Below, piece after piece: positions 36,515-50,710 of a stretch of 64,000 nucleotides of DNA (position 1 is its first letter; each line of letters opens with the position of its first letter). The notes beneath the pieces are model-generated. The model was not told where the DNA came from. It ran no database searches and saw only the letters and a program-made list of their open reading frames with translations. The position numbers were made by a program, and so were the translations under genes. The stretch is taken from assembly GCA_951406725.2 (NCBI GenBank), contig OX597824.1, forward strand, positions 59,892,001 to 59,956,000, read 5' to 3'. The stretch is from Octopus vulgaris (Eukaryota).

Positions 36515-38550
36515 GAGCAGAAGGAATTTACACTGTCATTATGTGTGAGATGTTTTTGTTTTGACTTATCTAGGCTTAAATACCCGAATATCGGCTCCAG
36601 AACCCTTTTCGTTCCAGGTCGCTTGACCTCGTGATTAAACGAGCCTGTTGTTTGTATTGGTCGGTTTCCAGCTGTCCAATCGTGTTGGCGCAACAGTTCA
36701 TTTTACCTTACACGGTAAATTAATTTGTATGGCAATCATTGTATTCTAGAACAGAGAGTAAATCGTCGCTTACCAGTTCGTTTTCAATTTCACGTCGCTT
36801 ATACCATTTTATATATTTCCCTCATTTACCACCAATGGTTATAATTGGTGACCCCTGACGTGAGTGATTTAGTGAGTCCATCTTCATGATTGCCTCAACA
36901 TTATCAGCTCTATCACATGTGGAAAGCTAAGAATTTTTTCAGCGGTCAAGTTTTCCATTTTATCAATGACTTGCAGAGCCTTTACCTAAGGACTTCTTTG
37001 CAGCTAAGGTCTTTGCAGTTTTTCACGCGAAAATCTTGACGGCTATATCATCCTAACAACTTTTTGGTAGCTCTCTTCATGTTTCATTCTTACACAGCGT
37101 CATCTACTTGCTGAAAATAGCAGTAAAATGCGCGGTTACATTTCTTGATGCCTCCTTACTCCCAGTTCAGCACTTTTCGTCACCTACCCGCTTCTCTTGG
37201 CCTGAGAATGTGGGAGCACTGGCCTGTCTTCAATTGCACGGCACCTTTCAGTCACCCTTACTCACTACTCCGACTTCACTTGTCGGTTACCTTGCATGGC
37301 AGCGTCTTCAAGCAATGACCGCTCGACTAGATGCCCTGTCTCGACTGCCGATCCTGCAATCTTCGAACTGCATTCCATATTTTGGTGCTCATTTTCAATA
37401 AAAACTTGTCTTCTACTGTGCTATTTTGGATTCCGGCATCTTATCATGACGCTTGTAGAACTATCCTTTGCCATATACAACGTTATTTACTAACATCTTC
37501 AAGTGAATTCTTTGTACACAATGAACTTTTTGCGTGTTTGTACTTTCAAAAGACTGGCTTTATACATTTTCACATGTTTCCACTTTTCAGGACCCCTTTT
37601 TTACATTGTTCCTGTTTTTGATTATTAAATATTTTCTTCAAACATTTTTGACTCAAATATTTTTTGCTCAACGTTCATACATACATACATACACATATGC
37701 TTCCTGCTTTGTACTATCGACTCTAACACATCAATACTGAGCGTTGAATTTTCCATTTGGTCCTGAAATATTTATTTTGCTTTGCTTTTCTTCTGCTTCA
37801 ACAGATTTTGGATAATTATTTTTTCATGGCGTGTCGCACTTTTGTCTATGACAAATATTCTGGCAGGGGAGTGACTGTAGCAGAAGTGATTTACACTGTC
37901 GCTATGTGTGAGATGTTTTCGTTTTGACTTGTAGTGATGGCAGTATGTGACAATTTTACAAATGCATGCGAGAAAGAGGAGTCACCATCTTGTGCATAAA
38001 ACGACAATAAAAATAAGAACTTGTGAGCCGTTCATAATTAGTCATAACATATTTATTACTGGATGTAATGCGTTAACATATATGAATGGTTTGAAAGAAA
38101 AGGCTTGTAACATACATGAACATACTTTGCAACCACAGGTCTCAATCAAATGAGAATAAGCGCGCGTGCGGATCAGTGCGAGCAGCGTGGCTCAATGCAT
38201 ACGCCCATGAACTGACAAGCAAAAGGCGCAAGAAATTAGAAATTCGTTCGCTTTATATAAGGGCTGAACCGGCAGTCCCTGACTTCCACATCAACCGGAA
38301 ATTAATTGAAAGCTTCTACAATATTCGAGAAGGTCGAGGGAAATTACTTTTGTTAGATCCCTTTTTCGTTTTGCTTTCCTGCTTGACCGCTAGGGGTCAC
38401 TACAGATTCATCTAGGCTTAAATACCCGAATATCGGCTCTAGAGCCCTTTTCGTTCCAGGTCGCTTGACCTCATGATTAAACGAACCTGTTTCTTGTATT
38501 GGTCGGTTTCCAGCTGTCCAATCGTGTTGGCGCAACAGTTCATTTTACAC
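36515..38550 (+). mobile_element. Decayed Gypsy-type LTR retrotransposon
   Basis: LTR blocks shared between 36515-36706 and 37876-38550. PBS-like TGGTGACCCCTGACGTGA at ~36846, purine-rich GGCAGGGGAG before TGTAG at 37876, and eroded internal sequence. Confidence 0.75.
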
Positions 38551-41160
38551 AGTTTTAAGATATTTTAAGTTAAATATATGTACATTTTTACTGAATGGTA
38601 CATCGCTTTTATATGAACTTATTTCTACATCTAAACGAATGAGTGTTCTTTGTGAATTAGGCTTTAAAAGTGTACGTTTTGTACTGAGCGGTGTAACGAT
38701 TATTTGTATACTTATTTTTGGAAAATGTGTAATACCACCATGTTAACCAGTAATTCTCAACCTGGGTCGATATGGCCGTTGGGGGCTTTTATTATTATTC
38801 AATGGTTACGAGGGTCCACCGAGCAAAATAGCAATGACAGGGATCCATAGGTAAAAAAAATGGTTGAGAACCACTGATATAAACGAATGAGTGTGTTGTG
38901 CGAAGTATGCATTAAAGGTATTCTTGATTAAATAGATGTACATTTTTCTGTATGCTGTGCCAATTCTACATCGAACCTGTATATTATTTTCATAGAATTT
39001 GTTTGTGAGTGTGAAATGGCACCTTATCGTGTCGCTACGAATGTATTCAGGCTTGTTTATGTTTCTGGTGTTTATAGATTTCGAGTTGTAGTTACAGATT
39101 TATAATCCTATGCTAGCCATATAGCTGACCATAACAGGATTTTTGTCGAAGGTATAATATTTGTGCAGAGCAGAGAAGTTCATGCTATTAGTGTCAAATA
39201 GAGATACACATAAATTTCGGTGAAAATTACACCTGATAATTGTTGTATCATTGAAAAGAGAAATATTTTTAAAATCTTGATTCTGACAACAAGAGAACCC
39301 TGTCAAAAAGACATTTGAACAACGAGCTAAACTAGATTGGGCAAACCATAACAAATAACACCAGATGTACAACAGAAACATTATCTTGTTTAACCTTTCC
39401 AATAATCCAGAAGGCGATTAATTATACAGACGCACACTCACACACCTACAATGCACCTATATACGCTCACATATGCATACACAGCCTATTTATACACATA
39501 AGCAAACTCATACACACCCACACATTTTGGTACTAAATGTTTATACATAAGAACCATCACAGTGTTGGGTAGAAAATTTCGCAATATTAGTTCCGACGAA
39601 GGCGGCGGGCCAGCGGAAACGTTAGCACGCCGAGCGAAATGCTTAGCAGTATTTCGTCTGTCTTTATGTTCTAAGTTCAAATTCCGCCGAGCTCGACTAT
39701 GCCTTTCATCCTTTCGAAGTCGATACATTAAGTACCAGTTGCGTAATGGAGTCGATCTACTCGACTGGACCTCTCCCCCAAAATTTCTGGCTTTATGCCT
39801 AATGTAGAAAAGCATATTAGTTCCGACTCTTGATGTTCTGAGTTCAAATCTCGCCGAGGTTTACTTTGCCTTTCGTCCTGATGTGGGGAAGGCTTCATAA
39901 AATGTACCAATCCATGACAGATTGACGAAACTGAATATTTTGCAATTTGTATTTCAGTTCTATATGTTCTGTCAGCAGCACCTGAGAAGGCACAAGTTCC
40001 GAACTGGATTGGCCCACATCGGTTGTGTGGAGGGGCGATATTTACATATATGAGCAACTATGACTGGCTGAGGCTCTAAAAATAAATGTTCATGCGTGTT
40101 TATAACCTAGATTCATTTCTTCTTAGAGAGACTTGTTTTAATATTGCAACCGTACACCTGATGGCCTTTTTTTTCTAGTTGCACTGCTCCTGAGCACTGT
40201 ATACAACACTTTCCTCCTTCATTGTTTAATGTGCATAATTGGAATGCACTCAAGTAAATATCTGTTTCAGACTTAGAGAAATATATGAATGTGCGTTTAC
40301 AAAACCTCCCAAACGTAAACATGCGTGAAAGGGGTGTGTGTGTACACTTAGAGTGCTGTATTGCATAGCAATGTTACCTCCCTTCGCGGCGTCGTTTATA
40401 TCAACAAATATTGATATCTAAAACAAAGAAAACGTTTTATAAGCAGAGGTAATTTTCACTGCATTCCATTGTCGAGTTTAAAAATTGCCAGAACAGTCCT
40501 CTTTTACGTTCGCCCTCTTTCTACTGTAAGTATTTTTTTTTTAAGCATTCAACTTTTATGATTCATGCCTCATCCTTGTTCATATGATACAAACTTTATA
40601 AAGTGATTTGTATTGAAAACTTCCATCAAAATATCATGTTTATTTCAAATGTTAAGGTGGTTGTTTAACTCCAGGTCATCTCAAGGCCAGCTGACCTGTA
40701 ATCAAAGATATCCCTGTTGGCTATCGCTACCTCATTCTTTCTCTGTACCAGAGGCATGTCTGACTGCAGAGTCGCTACGGGTCGCATATTTTTAAATACT
40801 GGTTTACAAGATTTCTTTATTTCTGAGTAAAAATCGGCGAAAGTACAGAATACGCACACCCGGTGTTTACTGTCAGGTTTTTTGTTATGCTAAAAACGGG
40901 CTGTATACGTATTCTTTACTTCCGCCTAAAAATCTTTTAAAAGCTTATATATGTTCATCAATAATTGTTTTTATTATGAATATTTTTTTTCCCTGTTTTC
41001 AAACCTAGCTACGCCACCCGTGGGCCGCATGTATAATTTGAGCGAGATTTCACTGCTGTTTCCAACGTTATAGAACTTTCCTTATTGATTCGTTATCTTT
41101 TGTATTGATATAATGCTTATGTTAAAAAAGTTGTCCAGACAAGTCGTCTCTATAATAAAA

Positions 41161-41607
41161 GGCGGGATTTCGGATCAGGAGCCCACATAACCTGGATTTT
41201 CTCAACTTTGACGGAGGTTTTTCCAATTTTTCTTTATTTGTATCCTGTGTTGAAATTTCAGCGAATGATGAGAGAGGGGCATTTTTTATGGAAAAAAAGT
41301 TTAGGAGAATTCGCGATTTTTTTTTCTTTCCATCTCACCCTCCCCCGCCTCCGGACCGATTTTAGCCAATGTTTTTTTTTTGTTTTTTTTATGCGCTACA
41401 CACTTAAAAACAATGGAAGAAGCCTTTTCGGTGAAGAAAAAAAATTGTGGGGGAGGTGAAAAGATCATAAATTATCCTAAATAATTTTCATAAAAAGATG
41501 TTCAAATCATTTCACTGTCAATGGTAAAAAGAAAAAGATATTGGAAAAATCTCCGTCAAAACGGAAAAATTCCAACTTATGTGGACGTCCTGATCTGAAA
41601 CTCCGCC
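41161..41607. mobile_element. MITE with long imperfect TIRs (Merlin-like)
   Basis: GGCGGGATTTCGGATCAGGA..CCACATAA versus TTATGTGG..TCCTGATCTGAAACTCCGCC. Confidence 0.65.
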
Positions 41608-42849
41608 ACCTGAGGGCCGCATTTTTGTTTGAAAGAGCTGTGTGTTTGATATGCCTGCTGTTCAGTGTAATTTAAGTGAGATTTCACTGCTATTTCCATC
41701 ATGACATTTGTGGTGATTTTAATGTTTATGTTGTTAGTCGATATAATAAAATATCAAAATAAATAAAATAAATACTTGATGATAATGATGACTTTACTTA
41801 ATCTCAACTCCTCCCACACAAACACACACACTCCCCATTAACTTCCCCTTTGCACAATTAAATTCTTCTTTTCTTTTGTCATTTTATTGTATGCCACATT
41901 CTGGAACACTTTCTGATAGACAGATTTGTGATTTACATTTTAAAGAGATGTTTACCATTCTGTAGAAACTTTTCTGTTCAACATGGGAATTAAATAAATT
42001 CGAGAGAAAAAGAAGACTTTCAGCAGTGTATTTTCAGTGATGGTGAGTTTGAGCAATTTTTTTCCCATTGGGATATTTCGACTCAGGCTAGAGAATGATG
42101 ATCCCCTTTGCCAAGGAAAGAAATATTTACTTAGAAAATATACTGACAAAATGAAGTGGTCCTCAGTTTGGGTTTTGCATGACATTTTTTTTCAACTCCC
42201 ACACAAAACAGATAGAAATATGCCATTTTAGTTAGAAAATGTGCCGCAGCCATTTGTTTTATGGATAGAAGTGGTAGCAAGAGCCCTTTTGGTCCCGTTA
42301 TACTTCAAATAAAGCAACTGAAATTATTGCTTTATTGATATTTTTTTCAAAATTCCAATCTATTTTTCAAACTTCAACTTGTGTAAGACATTGACAAAAT
42401 ATTTTGCAAGAACAAACCATGTTTAAAGGAATGGAAAACATTTCATCTTTCCAGAGTTGATAAAAAGAGTACCAGTTGAATACTGGGGTCGATGTAATTG
42501 ACTTACCCCTTCCCTCGATCTTGCTGGCCTTGTACCAAAATTTGAAATTATCATTATTATTACTATATGTTTGTCTGCTGCTTTGTATTTATACAAGTTG
42601 ACTCTGAGTCTCATGCAGAGACCTCAAGAGACTACAAGTTCAAGTTGGTTTTATGACTAGGGTACCATATTTTTGGTTTTGCACCAAGTATTGTTCTAGA
42701 GAATGACTGTCAAAAAATAAGAAAATTAAAAATTGGTTTTAAAAATAATTTGATGATAATATGATCTTAAGATGACTATAAAAGGAGTTTGCTGTTATGT
42801 ACATTTAAAAGTATTTTGATATTGTTTACAGATTAAAACATTTTTGGAA

Positions 42850-43600
42850 TAACGTAGACAATATTTTTCGTAGTATATGAGCAGTTCCCACAACCACTAT
42901 TTTTTTAACTTCTTCTAGTTTTGGATTTCCTGGTATCAGAGATAGGTAACAGTCAGCCCCTTTTGCTATCACTCCTCAGGCACCTATAACAACAGGTATT
43001 GTTCTAGTCTTGAGGTTCCACATTTTTCCAATTTCTACTTCAAGATCTTTATATTTGCTCAGTTTTCAGTAGGTCTTGACAGATTCCTTTATGTCAATTG
43101 GGACAGTCATATTGATGAGGAAGCTAGATTTTTGTCTGAAATCCTTCAATATAATGTCTGGCTTATTTGCATCTATCTTTCTGTCTGTTTGAACAGTAAA
43201 GTTCCAAAGGAGTGAGACGTGATCATTTTCAAGCACTGGGGTGGTTTGTTACCACCAGTTTTTATCAAGGGGCAGGTTCAGATCCTTGCAAATTCCCAGT
43301 GAATATACTGTGCCACTCTATCATGCCTATTGAGGTATTTTGTGGGTGCGAAAAGGCTGCACATGGAGACAATATGATCAATGGTTTCTGCTTAAGATGT
43401 TGACCTGGTAGCTTCTTATAGGTAAGCATTGATCCTGGGCTGCTAAACCTTTCTGTCTCTGATTTTATGCCAGATGATAATCATTGTTAACATCAGCATT
43501 ATTAGCTCTCTTTGGGTATTTGCCATTGAGAGGTTTATATATTTATTTATTTAATTTGCTGTTTATCAGTGAGAATATCTAAGGCAACAGTTTTAGCATG
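42850..43600 (-). mobile_element. R4/Dong-type LINE 3' remnant (restriction-like endonuclease region)
   Basis: NFTVQTDRKIDANKPDIILKD..LINMTVP, KYKDLEVEIGKMWNLKTRTIPVVIGA and LNGKYPKRANNADV on the minus strand. Confidence 0.7.
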
Positions 43601-44454
43601 CACTTAGTTTTTTCTGTACTTGTTTCCAGTACATCCAATTCTGGGACTTGCTGTATTTGGAATTCACTTAGATATTTCCTTACCTGTTTTGTATTGAATA
43701 TGGGGTTTTCTTGTTTTTGTGCTTTAATAGAAGTTTTAGCATCCAGTCATCAGAATTTTTCAGTTAAGTGTTTAGGCCAATTGTGGCAATCTTTAGTGTC
43801 AATTCACGTTTTCATGAACCACCCGTCTGTGGTTTTGGCAATGGTGAGAGCATCAAGACCCTCGTTCATTGTCAAACTTTTGTCTGTATTTGTGTTTACA
43901 AATTCCATTAATTCTCTGTTCTCATTCTGTTGAACTGTAGTTCAGAGGCTCTTGGGAGAGATATTGTTCAATAAGTTCCGTCACTTGTGATTGTTGTTAT
44001 TTTGGTTCTTTTTGTTTCAGCTTCTCCTGTTGCAGATCTTGTTGTGTCTCTTGCTGTTGCTGAGAATGCTGTTTCTTTCTTTGATGTTGTTGTAGTTGAT
44101 TTATCTCTTGTTGATGTTGTTGTAGCTTCTGCTGCTGCTACTGAGGTTGTTGGCTTGCAGCTTTGGTTTCAAGATTGGCTGCCGTGAAACAACTCAGTTT
44201 TGTGCCCACAAACTTTTGGGATTTAGGGGTTACGTCTGTATTTTCTCTCCCCTTTTTCTGAGAGTCACTCAACGATCATCCACTTGGGTGGTTTTGTCTC
44301 ATCTGGGGCCCTTTCTATATCCATGGAGTTGTTAGTATTTCCCATGGCCTTATTTCCTCTCTGATCCAGTGTTTCACATTATGGTTGCTGCTGCTTTCCT
44401 CTTTGGGATTGCAATGGATTTGGCATGAGAATGTGAATAATAATAAGAAGAAGA

Positions 44455-45028
44455 GCTCTCAGAGAGCATAAACTTCTGCCAAGGCAACACTAATGACCTC
44501 TCAGCGATTAGCTGGAGATGATTTTTAAAATGAGAATATCTGAAATAAACTCGACTGCTCTCACAAACTAAAAATGAACCCGACTACTCTCAAAAATTAA
44601 GTAAAACAAACCGGAAAAATAATCCAGAATTCTTGTCCTGTACCTGATCAATTCCAATGGTAGTCAAGGAATGTGAAAGTAGCTGTAGAAAATTTAGTAA
44701 CAGTAATAAATAGTTTATCCTTATCTAATACAAGCCAACGTTAACAAATTCACCATACAAAATAGTCACAGCCTAAAGGGAGATAATTGAGAAAGACTTG
44801 AAAGTTAATGTAAGATTGTAATCATGTAAAATAAATATAACAAATAATCCAGAATCCTTGTCCTGTACCAGATTGATCCAAAATCTAATCAATTTGTACC
44901 AACCATGAGGACAAACATCCCTGAAAGTTTCATCCAAATCCATCCTGTGGTTCTTGAGATATCTTGTCCACGGACAAACAAACACAACTTAAAACAATAC
45001 CTCCACCTTTGCTAAGGCAGAGGTAATA
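44455..45028 (-). mobile_element. Helentron-associated (DINE-1/HINE-like) non-autonomous element
   Basis: Minus strand starts TTATTACCTCTGCCTTAGCAAAGGTGGAGGTATTGTTTT..GTTTGTTTGTCCGTG..GGATTTGGATGAAACTT. A sub-terminal inverted match lies near 44472-44484. Confidence 0.55.
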
Positions 45029-45034
45029 AATAAA

Positions 45035-46070
45035 TGGGTTACAGCAAATATTCTGCTCAATACCACAGATGTGCTTGTCGCTTGCTTGACCTTAACCAGT
45101 TGTGCATGTCCCACAGTGGCTGACGATAAGTGCATCTCTGATTCCAAGCAGAAGTAGTGAGGAAGCATCATAGCCATGTGTTGGGTGGAATTCTTTAGGG
45201 CTTGGATAATTCACCTTTGGAAACATGGGTGTTTCATTTAACCCTTATTCAGGGACCTTTTGAGTGGGATGGGTTAATCAGCCTGAAGAAAATTCTTACT
45301 GGGCCCTACTAGCAAGGTCATTTGCTGTTTACATTGATATGAGATCACCATCTCATGCATATATGGTTGTGCTGTATGTGCCGTATGGGTATACTGGGCT
45401 TTGTATATTTTACCCCAGTGTCACTTTTATGGCATACACTGCGCTCTCACTCAATAATAATGATGATGATGATGATAATAATAATAATAATAGTAATAAT
45501 GATAATAATAATGATAAATGCCCTGATGCAGTACCAGGCAGTGGTTCTCATGGCTTCTCATCTTAGCTGATTGGAAGTGTTATCTTGTACATTGTTTTGC
45601 CTTAGTATAAAAGATGGCTACAGCAAATATTCTGCTCAGCACCACAGATTTGTTTGTCACTTGCTTGACCTTACCCAGTTGAACATGTTCCTTAATGGCT
45701 GACAATATGTGCACCTCTGATCACAAACAGAAGAATTGGGGGAGCATCATGGTCATGTGTTGAGAGGAATTCTTTGGGGTATCAGTAATTCACCTCTGGA
45801 AACATGGGTGTTTCATTCTATATCCTTAAACAATCCTTATTCAAGCGACCTTTAGAGCAAGATGAGCTAATTGACCTGAAGAAAATTCTGACTGAACCCC
45901 ACCTGCACTGTTAATCTTGATATGAGATCACCATGTTGTGCACATATGGTTGTGATGCATGTTCCTGGTGTACCATTATCAGCCAGGTAGTCATAATGAG
46001 TTTACTGGGCTTCATATATTTTACCCCAGTGTCACTATGATGGTGTGCACTGTTCTCTCACTTACTAATT
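45035..46070. repeat. Two tandem diverged copies of a ~450-bp dispersed repeat with (AAT/GAT)n tails
   Basis: TACAGCAAATATTCTGCTCA..ACCACAGAT at 45040 and 45619; the copies are colinear to TTTTACCCCAGTGTCACT. Confidence 0.75.
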
Positions 46071-46153
46071 ATGATAATAATAATAATAAAGATGATAATA
46101 ATAATGATAATAATTTCTTTTTATTTTCAGGTATTTGAAGATTTTCCTCCTGA

Positions 46154-47683
46154 ATGGCTGCGTTGTGGTGGAAAATGTCTAGCAGCATAGTATGGCTGTT
46201 TCTCATAACTGCAAATAAAATTGTTGAAGCTGACAACATCTTGTTTTTGTCATGGCCACTTTTTAGTCATGCACAAGGTATGGCTTATGTAGCTAAAGAA
46301 TTGAGCAAATATTCTCATACATGTTACTACCCCATGACAGAGAAACTCGCTGAGAGTTTCAAGTCCTTTGAAGGGATAAAAATTATACCCATGAAAAATA
46401 ATCCAAGAGTTACCTACTTTGAGAAAATATCAACCCAACAATTTTCAAAGAATTTCAGTGTAACTTGGAAAATGATCTCACAAGAAATCCATGCTATTTG
46501 CGACAGCTTTTTACTGGACCAGGAATGGTTTCAGTCACTAAAAGCAGTCAATGCTACAATTGCTGTTGTAGATTATGTTTTTATGAGTAACTGTCTGGCT
46601 ATTATACCATACAGACTATCCATTCCATATGTGTTCCAAGGAATAAGCCCAGAACATCATGCAATTACTCGAACACCATGGCATGCATCTGTTTATCCCA
46701 GCATGCTGACATTTTATTCAGACCAAATGAATTTCTATGAAAGAATGGTAAACCATATCCTGACAGTGCCTTCATATTTTCTCACACTAATGGGAAATCC
46801 TGCAAAAAGTGTTAAAGCTTATGCTCCAGAGAAACCTGAAATAAGTTTTGAAAATTTGATGCATCAGGCTGCTTTATATCTTTCTGAGACTGATGTATTA
46901 TTAGAGTTTGCATCACCTTCACTTCCTAATGTTAAACATATTGGTGGCCCAGCAACACGACCAGCAGCACCATTGAAAGGGGACCTACATAAGTTTGTAG
47001 AAAAATCTAATCATGGAATCATTGTTGTTTCATTTGGCAGTTTTCTGGACAATTTCCCAGAAAAACATTTAGAGAAGTTGGAAATAGCTTTTAAAGAAAT
47101 AAAATATGATGTCATTTGGAAACATTCAGCTCCAAAGTTCATTGCATCAAACATCTTCTTAACAAAATGGCTACCACAAAATGATCTTTTGGGTCATCCA
47201 AAAACAAAACTCTTTATTACACACTGTGGTAACAATGGGCAGTTTGAGGCTCTCTACCATGGAGTGCCTATGCTTGGTTTTCCAGTCTTTGGTGATCAGT
47301 TTCACAATGGACGTCGAATACAAGTAAAGGGATATGGAATTCCTATGGATATATATAATTACACTAAAGATGAGCTTGTTTCAACCATTAATGAACTGAT
47401 TGTAAATCCCAAATATAAAAACAAGATTAAACAAGCAAGTGAAATATTCCGTTCCCGTCCTGAGACTCCTGCTGCAAGAGGTGCACGCTATATAGACCAT
47501 GTTATTAAATATGGTGGAGATTACTTAAGATCAACCTGTCAAACTATGCAACTTTACCAATTTCTCATGCTGGATATATATGCTGTGTTTCTGGCTGTAA
47601 TTATTGTCTCACTGTGTTTGGTAAAATTTGTCATTCAAAAATGTTACCGATGTTGTTGTGTAAAAAAGAAGAAAATGGATTAA
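46154..47683 (+). CDS. UDP-glucuronosyltransferase (UGT, GT1 family), 509 aa, single coding exon
   Basis: N-terminal signal peptide and putative catalytic His in LFSHAQ. UGT signature WLPQNDLLGHPKTKLFITHCGNNGQFEALYHGVPMLGFPVFGDQ, C-terminal TM helix and dilysine KKMD. Splice acceptor TTTCTTTTTTATTTTCAG ends at 46130; AATAAA follows the stop. Confidence 0.97.
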   Translation: MAALWWKMSSSIVWLFLITANKIVEADNILFLSWPLFSHAQGMAYVAKELSKYSHTCYYPMTEKLAESFKSFEGIKIIPMKNNPRVTYFEKISTQQFSKNFSVTWKMISQEIHAICDSFLLDQEWFQSLKAVNATIAVVDYVFMSNCLAIIPYRLSIPYVFQGISPEHHAITRTPWHASVYPSMLTFYSDQMNFYERMVNHILTVPSYFLTLMGNPAKSVKAYAPEKPEISFENLMHQAALYLSETDVLLEFASPSLPNVKHIGGPATRPAAPLKGDLHKFVEKSNHGIIVVSFGSFLDNFPEKHLEKLEIAFKEIKYDVIWKHSAPKFIASNIFLTKWLPQNDLLGHPKTKLFITHCGNNGQFEALYHGVPMLGFPVFGDQFHNGRRIQVKGYGIPMDIYNYTKDELVSTINELIVNPKYKNKIKQASEIFRSRPETPAARGARYIDHVIKYGGDYLRSTCQTMQLYQFLMLDIYAVFLAVIIVSLCLVKFVIQKCYRCCCVKKKKMD

Positions 47684-47862
47684 AATAAAAAATAATTTTA
47701 CAATTATAAAAACTTTATCAATAAAATAGTAATAAAATCTTCTTTGTCATTTATTTATCTATTTATTTATTTTTTGAGAATTTTATATCGGATACAGTGA
47801 ACAATAGCATTGTTGGCTTAGATTCTATTGGTTCAAACATAGGTTCCCTCTTTTGTCTAGTG

Positions 47863-48417
47863 CAAGGGTCGGGGAACTTTTTGAACCAGTTACCCCAAAA
47901 TATATTTATTTATGCCGAGGTTACCCCCACTTGATTTGAAAGGAAATCCTAGATTCTTTGAATTCATAGGGCTTATTGAATCTATTTATATGGGGAATAC
48001 AATTATAAATATAAGAAATATAAAATAAATTAATATCTGCATTATGAAACAAAAGGATTTTTCTAGAAACTTTTTCACTTCAGGTTTTGGGAAAATGATG
48101 TGATTTCATTTTTGTTACAATTACATCAGAATTGGGACATTTTGATGCCAGAGCAATTTGGATACAGTCTTCAGGGTTCAATCAATTACACTGCTTTGTT
48201 TTTATGTTCATTTGAGTGGAAAATTCTTGTTCGCAAAGGTAAGTTGTTGCAAAAGGCAATAAATTTTTGACTGCTTCCTCATGCCAGAAGAACAATTTCT
48301 GTCATAAGGAACACGTTTTTTATATAATTTTACTTATGTCTAATGAATCTTCATTAACCCCACAAATTTTAATTTTGAACCCACTTGAAGTAATTTACCC
48401 CTGTTCACCGACTCCTG
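47863..48417. mobile_element. hAT (Charlie-like) MITE
   Basis: 8-bp TSD GTCTAGTG on both sides. TIRs CAAGGGTCGGGGAAC / GTTCACCGACTCCTG. Confidence 0.8.
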
Positions 48418-48875
48418 GTCTAGTGCATCATCTTTGACTTTGTAGCAGGTGACAATAATAATGATTTTGTCATCGTCCTTGAATGTGACAGCTTCCTGCA
48501 CTACCTACTTGGCTATATGGGTAACCTACTCTCAGATATTCTAAGTATCTCAGTAGATAGACTATATGCCATTCATATCTTTATATCTTTAATTGCTCTA
48601 GCCGTCATACAATTAAGATGAATGGTTGGTCCCTCTGTTAGATCTTACTCTCGGAAGATGTTCGCCTGTGTGTTCTCCTCATTGAACAAGCTTTCAACAT
48701 AACATTTCTCTCTCTCTCTTTCTTTTAAATGTCAGAAGAGCAAGTATGCTATTATCCTATACACACTTTTCTGTTATGTCGCATTTCATTTGAGTCCTAT
48801 GATCTTGCAAACTGGAATATTTCATGCTGTAGAACACTGGCAAAATTCTTATTTTTTATGTCTCCCCTCAGTACT

Positions 48876-49890
48876 AGTGATGGTAAATTTTGATATTTTC
48901 ATTAAGAAAAAAACAACTCGAATTTTTTGCGTGGAATCAAGTACCCGGACCTCCTAATGTGCCATAAACCCCCTATTTTTGTTTGGAAAAGTGGGGGAAC
49001 CGGACCCACCCCATCCCGGAATCATTAGAATTTTTTTTTTCTGTTGAATGAATTAAGGTAACCTCCTAATATGCCACGAAATCCATTTTTTGGGGGTGCC
49101 GGAAATGGGGTGAGGTGGAACCCCCAGAAATTTCACCCCATCCCCATTGGGAAGTACACCCGCACGATTTTCACTGAGAAAAAAAAACTCAGATTTTTTG
49201 CGTAGAATCAAATACCCTTACCTCATAATGTGCAACAAACCCCTTAGTTTTGTTCGGGGAAAAAAAAGAGTATGGGAAACCAGACCTCCCATCCTGGAAT
49301 CAGTGGAAATTTTTTTCGTTGACTGAATTACGGTGACCTCCTAATGTGCCTCCAGTGATTTTAAGAGGTATGAAAAATATTGTTTTAATATTATACTTTT
49401 ACTTGTTTCCCACACAAACACTAACGTGTTTTTTAGATGAATTTTGTATCCTTCTTTATCTATCAGACTTCATTACCACTAACCTCAGCATTTTCACCCA
49501 TTCTTTTCAACTTGTTTGAATTTTCAATCTAATGCAATCCACACTCTCTCAAAAACGTATTTCTGCAAAATATTATCTAAAAATGTGGGCAAAGAAAGAA
49601 ACAGTAAAAAATATTTCTGAGGGTTTCACACCCTGTTTTCCAAACCAAAAAAGGTGTTTTGTAGGACATTAGGAAGTCACTGTAATTCAGTTCAATGGAA
49701 AAAAAAAATTTCCAACGATTCTGGGATAGGGAAGTGCCCAGTTTCCCACCCCACCTTTCTTTCCAAACAAAAAATAAGGGGGTTATGACACACTACGAGG
49801 TCAGGATACTTGATTCCATGCAAAAAATCTGAGTTTCCTTTTCTTAGTGAAAATCATGCGGGTGGAAAGTATCAAAATTTACCCCAGTCA
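48876..49890. mobile_element. Non-autonomous DNA element with internal direct and inverted repeats
   Basis: GGTAAATTTTGATA at the left and TATCAAAATTTACC at the right. A ~280-bp internal repeat (AAAACTC..TTTTTTGCGT.GAATCAA.TACC) recurs and appears inverted at 49670-49850. Confidence 0.5.
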
Positions 49891-50710
49891 TCTAGCTTCT
49901 TATTATAGTTTTCTGTTACCCAGTTTTTCCAAACCTATCTCTTCATTGTTATTCTTGTCTTCTTCACTGTGCCACCACCATGTTACCATCAGTCTGGCAG
50001 GGACCTTGCTCCAACCATTGAATTTGGTGTACAGCCCTGGAAGTTTATCTCTAAGAACCTTCAGTTGTCCTTTAAGTTTCCATCTCGTTTTGTCAACTGG
50101 AACTTTTCTTAATTTCTGACTATTCAATGGATCTCTGAGCTTCTATAGCTTCCTTCTTCAAACTATTTTGTTCTCTGAGTCCATCTAGCTCTTATTTTGA
50201 AGTTACTTATATCTATGTTGGGTAATACTTTCTTCACCAAGGAAAGACTTAATATCACTGGGAAGGATGAAGTCTATCTGGCTTGTGTATTTACCAGATT
50301 AATACGTGATCAGGTGGCTGATTAATTTCCTGGAGTTAATGTTGCAAATTGTTAAGTCATTAGCATCACACCACTCATTCTAATTTGTACGAAATACACT
50401 GAGCTCTCCCACACACACCAAGATTTCCGAATATATCGACACAAACTTTTCAACGGTGCATTCACTATTATATACACTGACGTACAGTGTATAATACTGT
50501 CCCACTGAATATGGCCAATAATATTCCAAAACGCCACTGGGTAGAAAACGAAATCAGTGCACTGATAAACGCTTGGCACATTCACCATAACGGTTGTGTA
50601 AAAGCTAATGTCTACGGTAAAATCGCTGAAAAATTAGCGTCACAATCCTTTTACAGATCGAAAACAAAATAAAAGAAATCACAAGATCATTTCATACTTT
50701 ACACAAGCAC

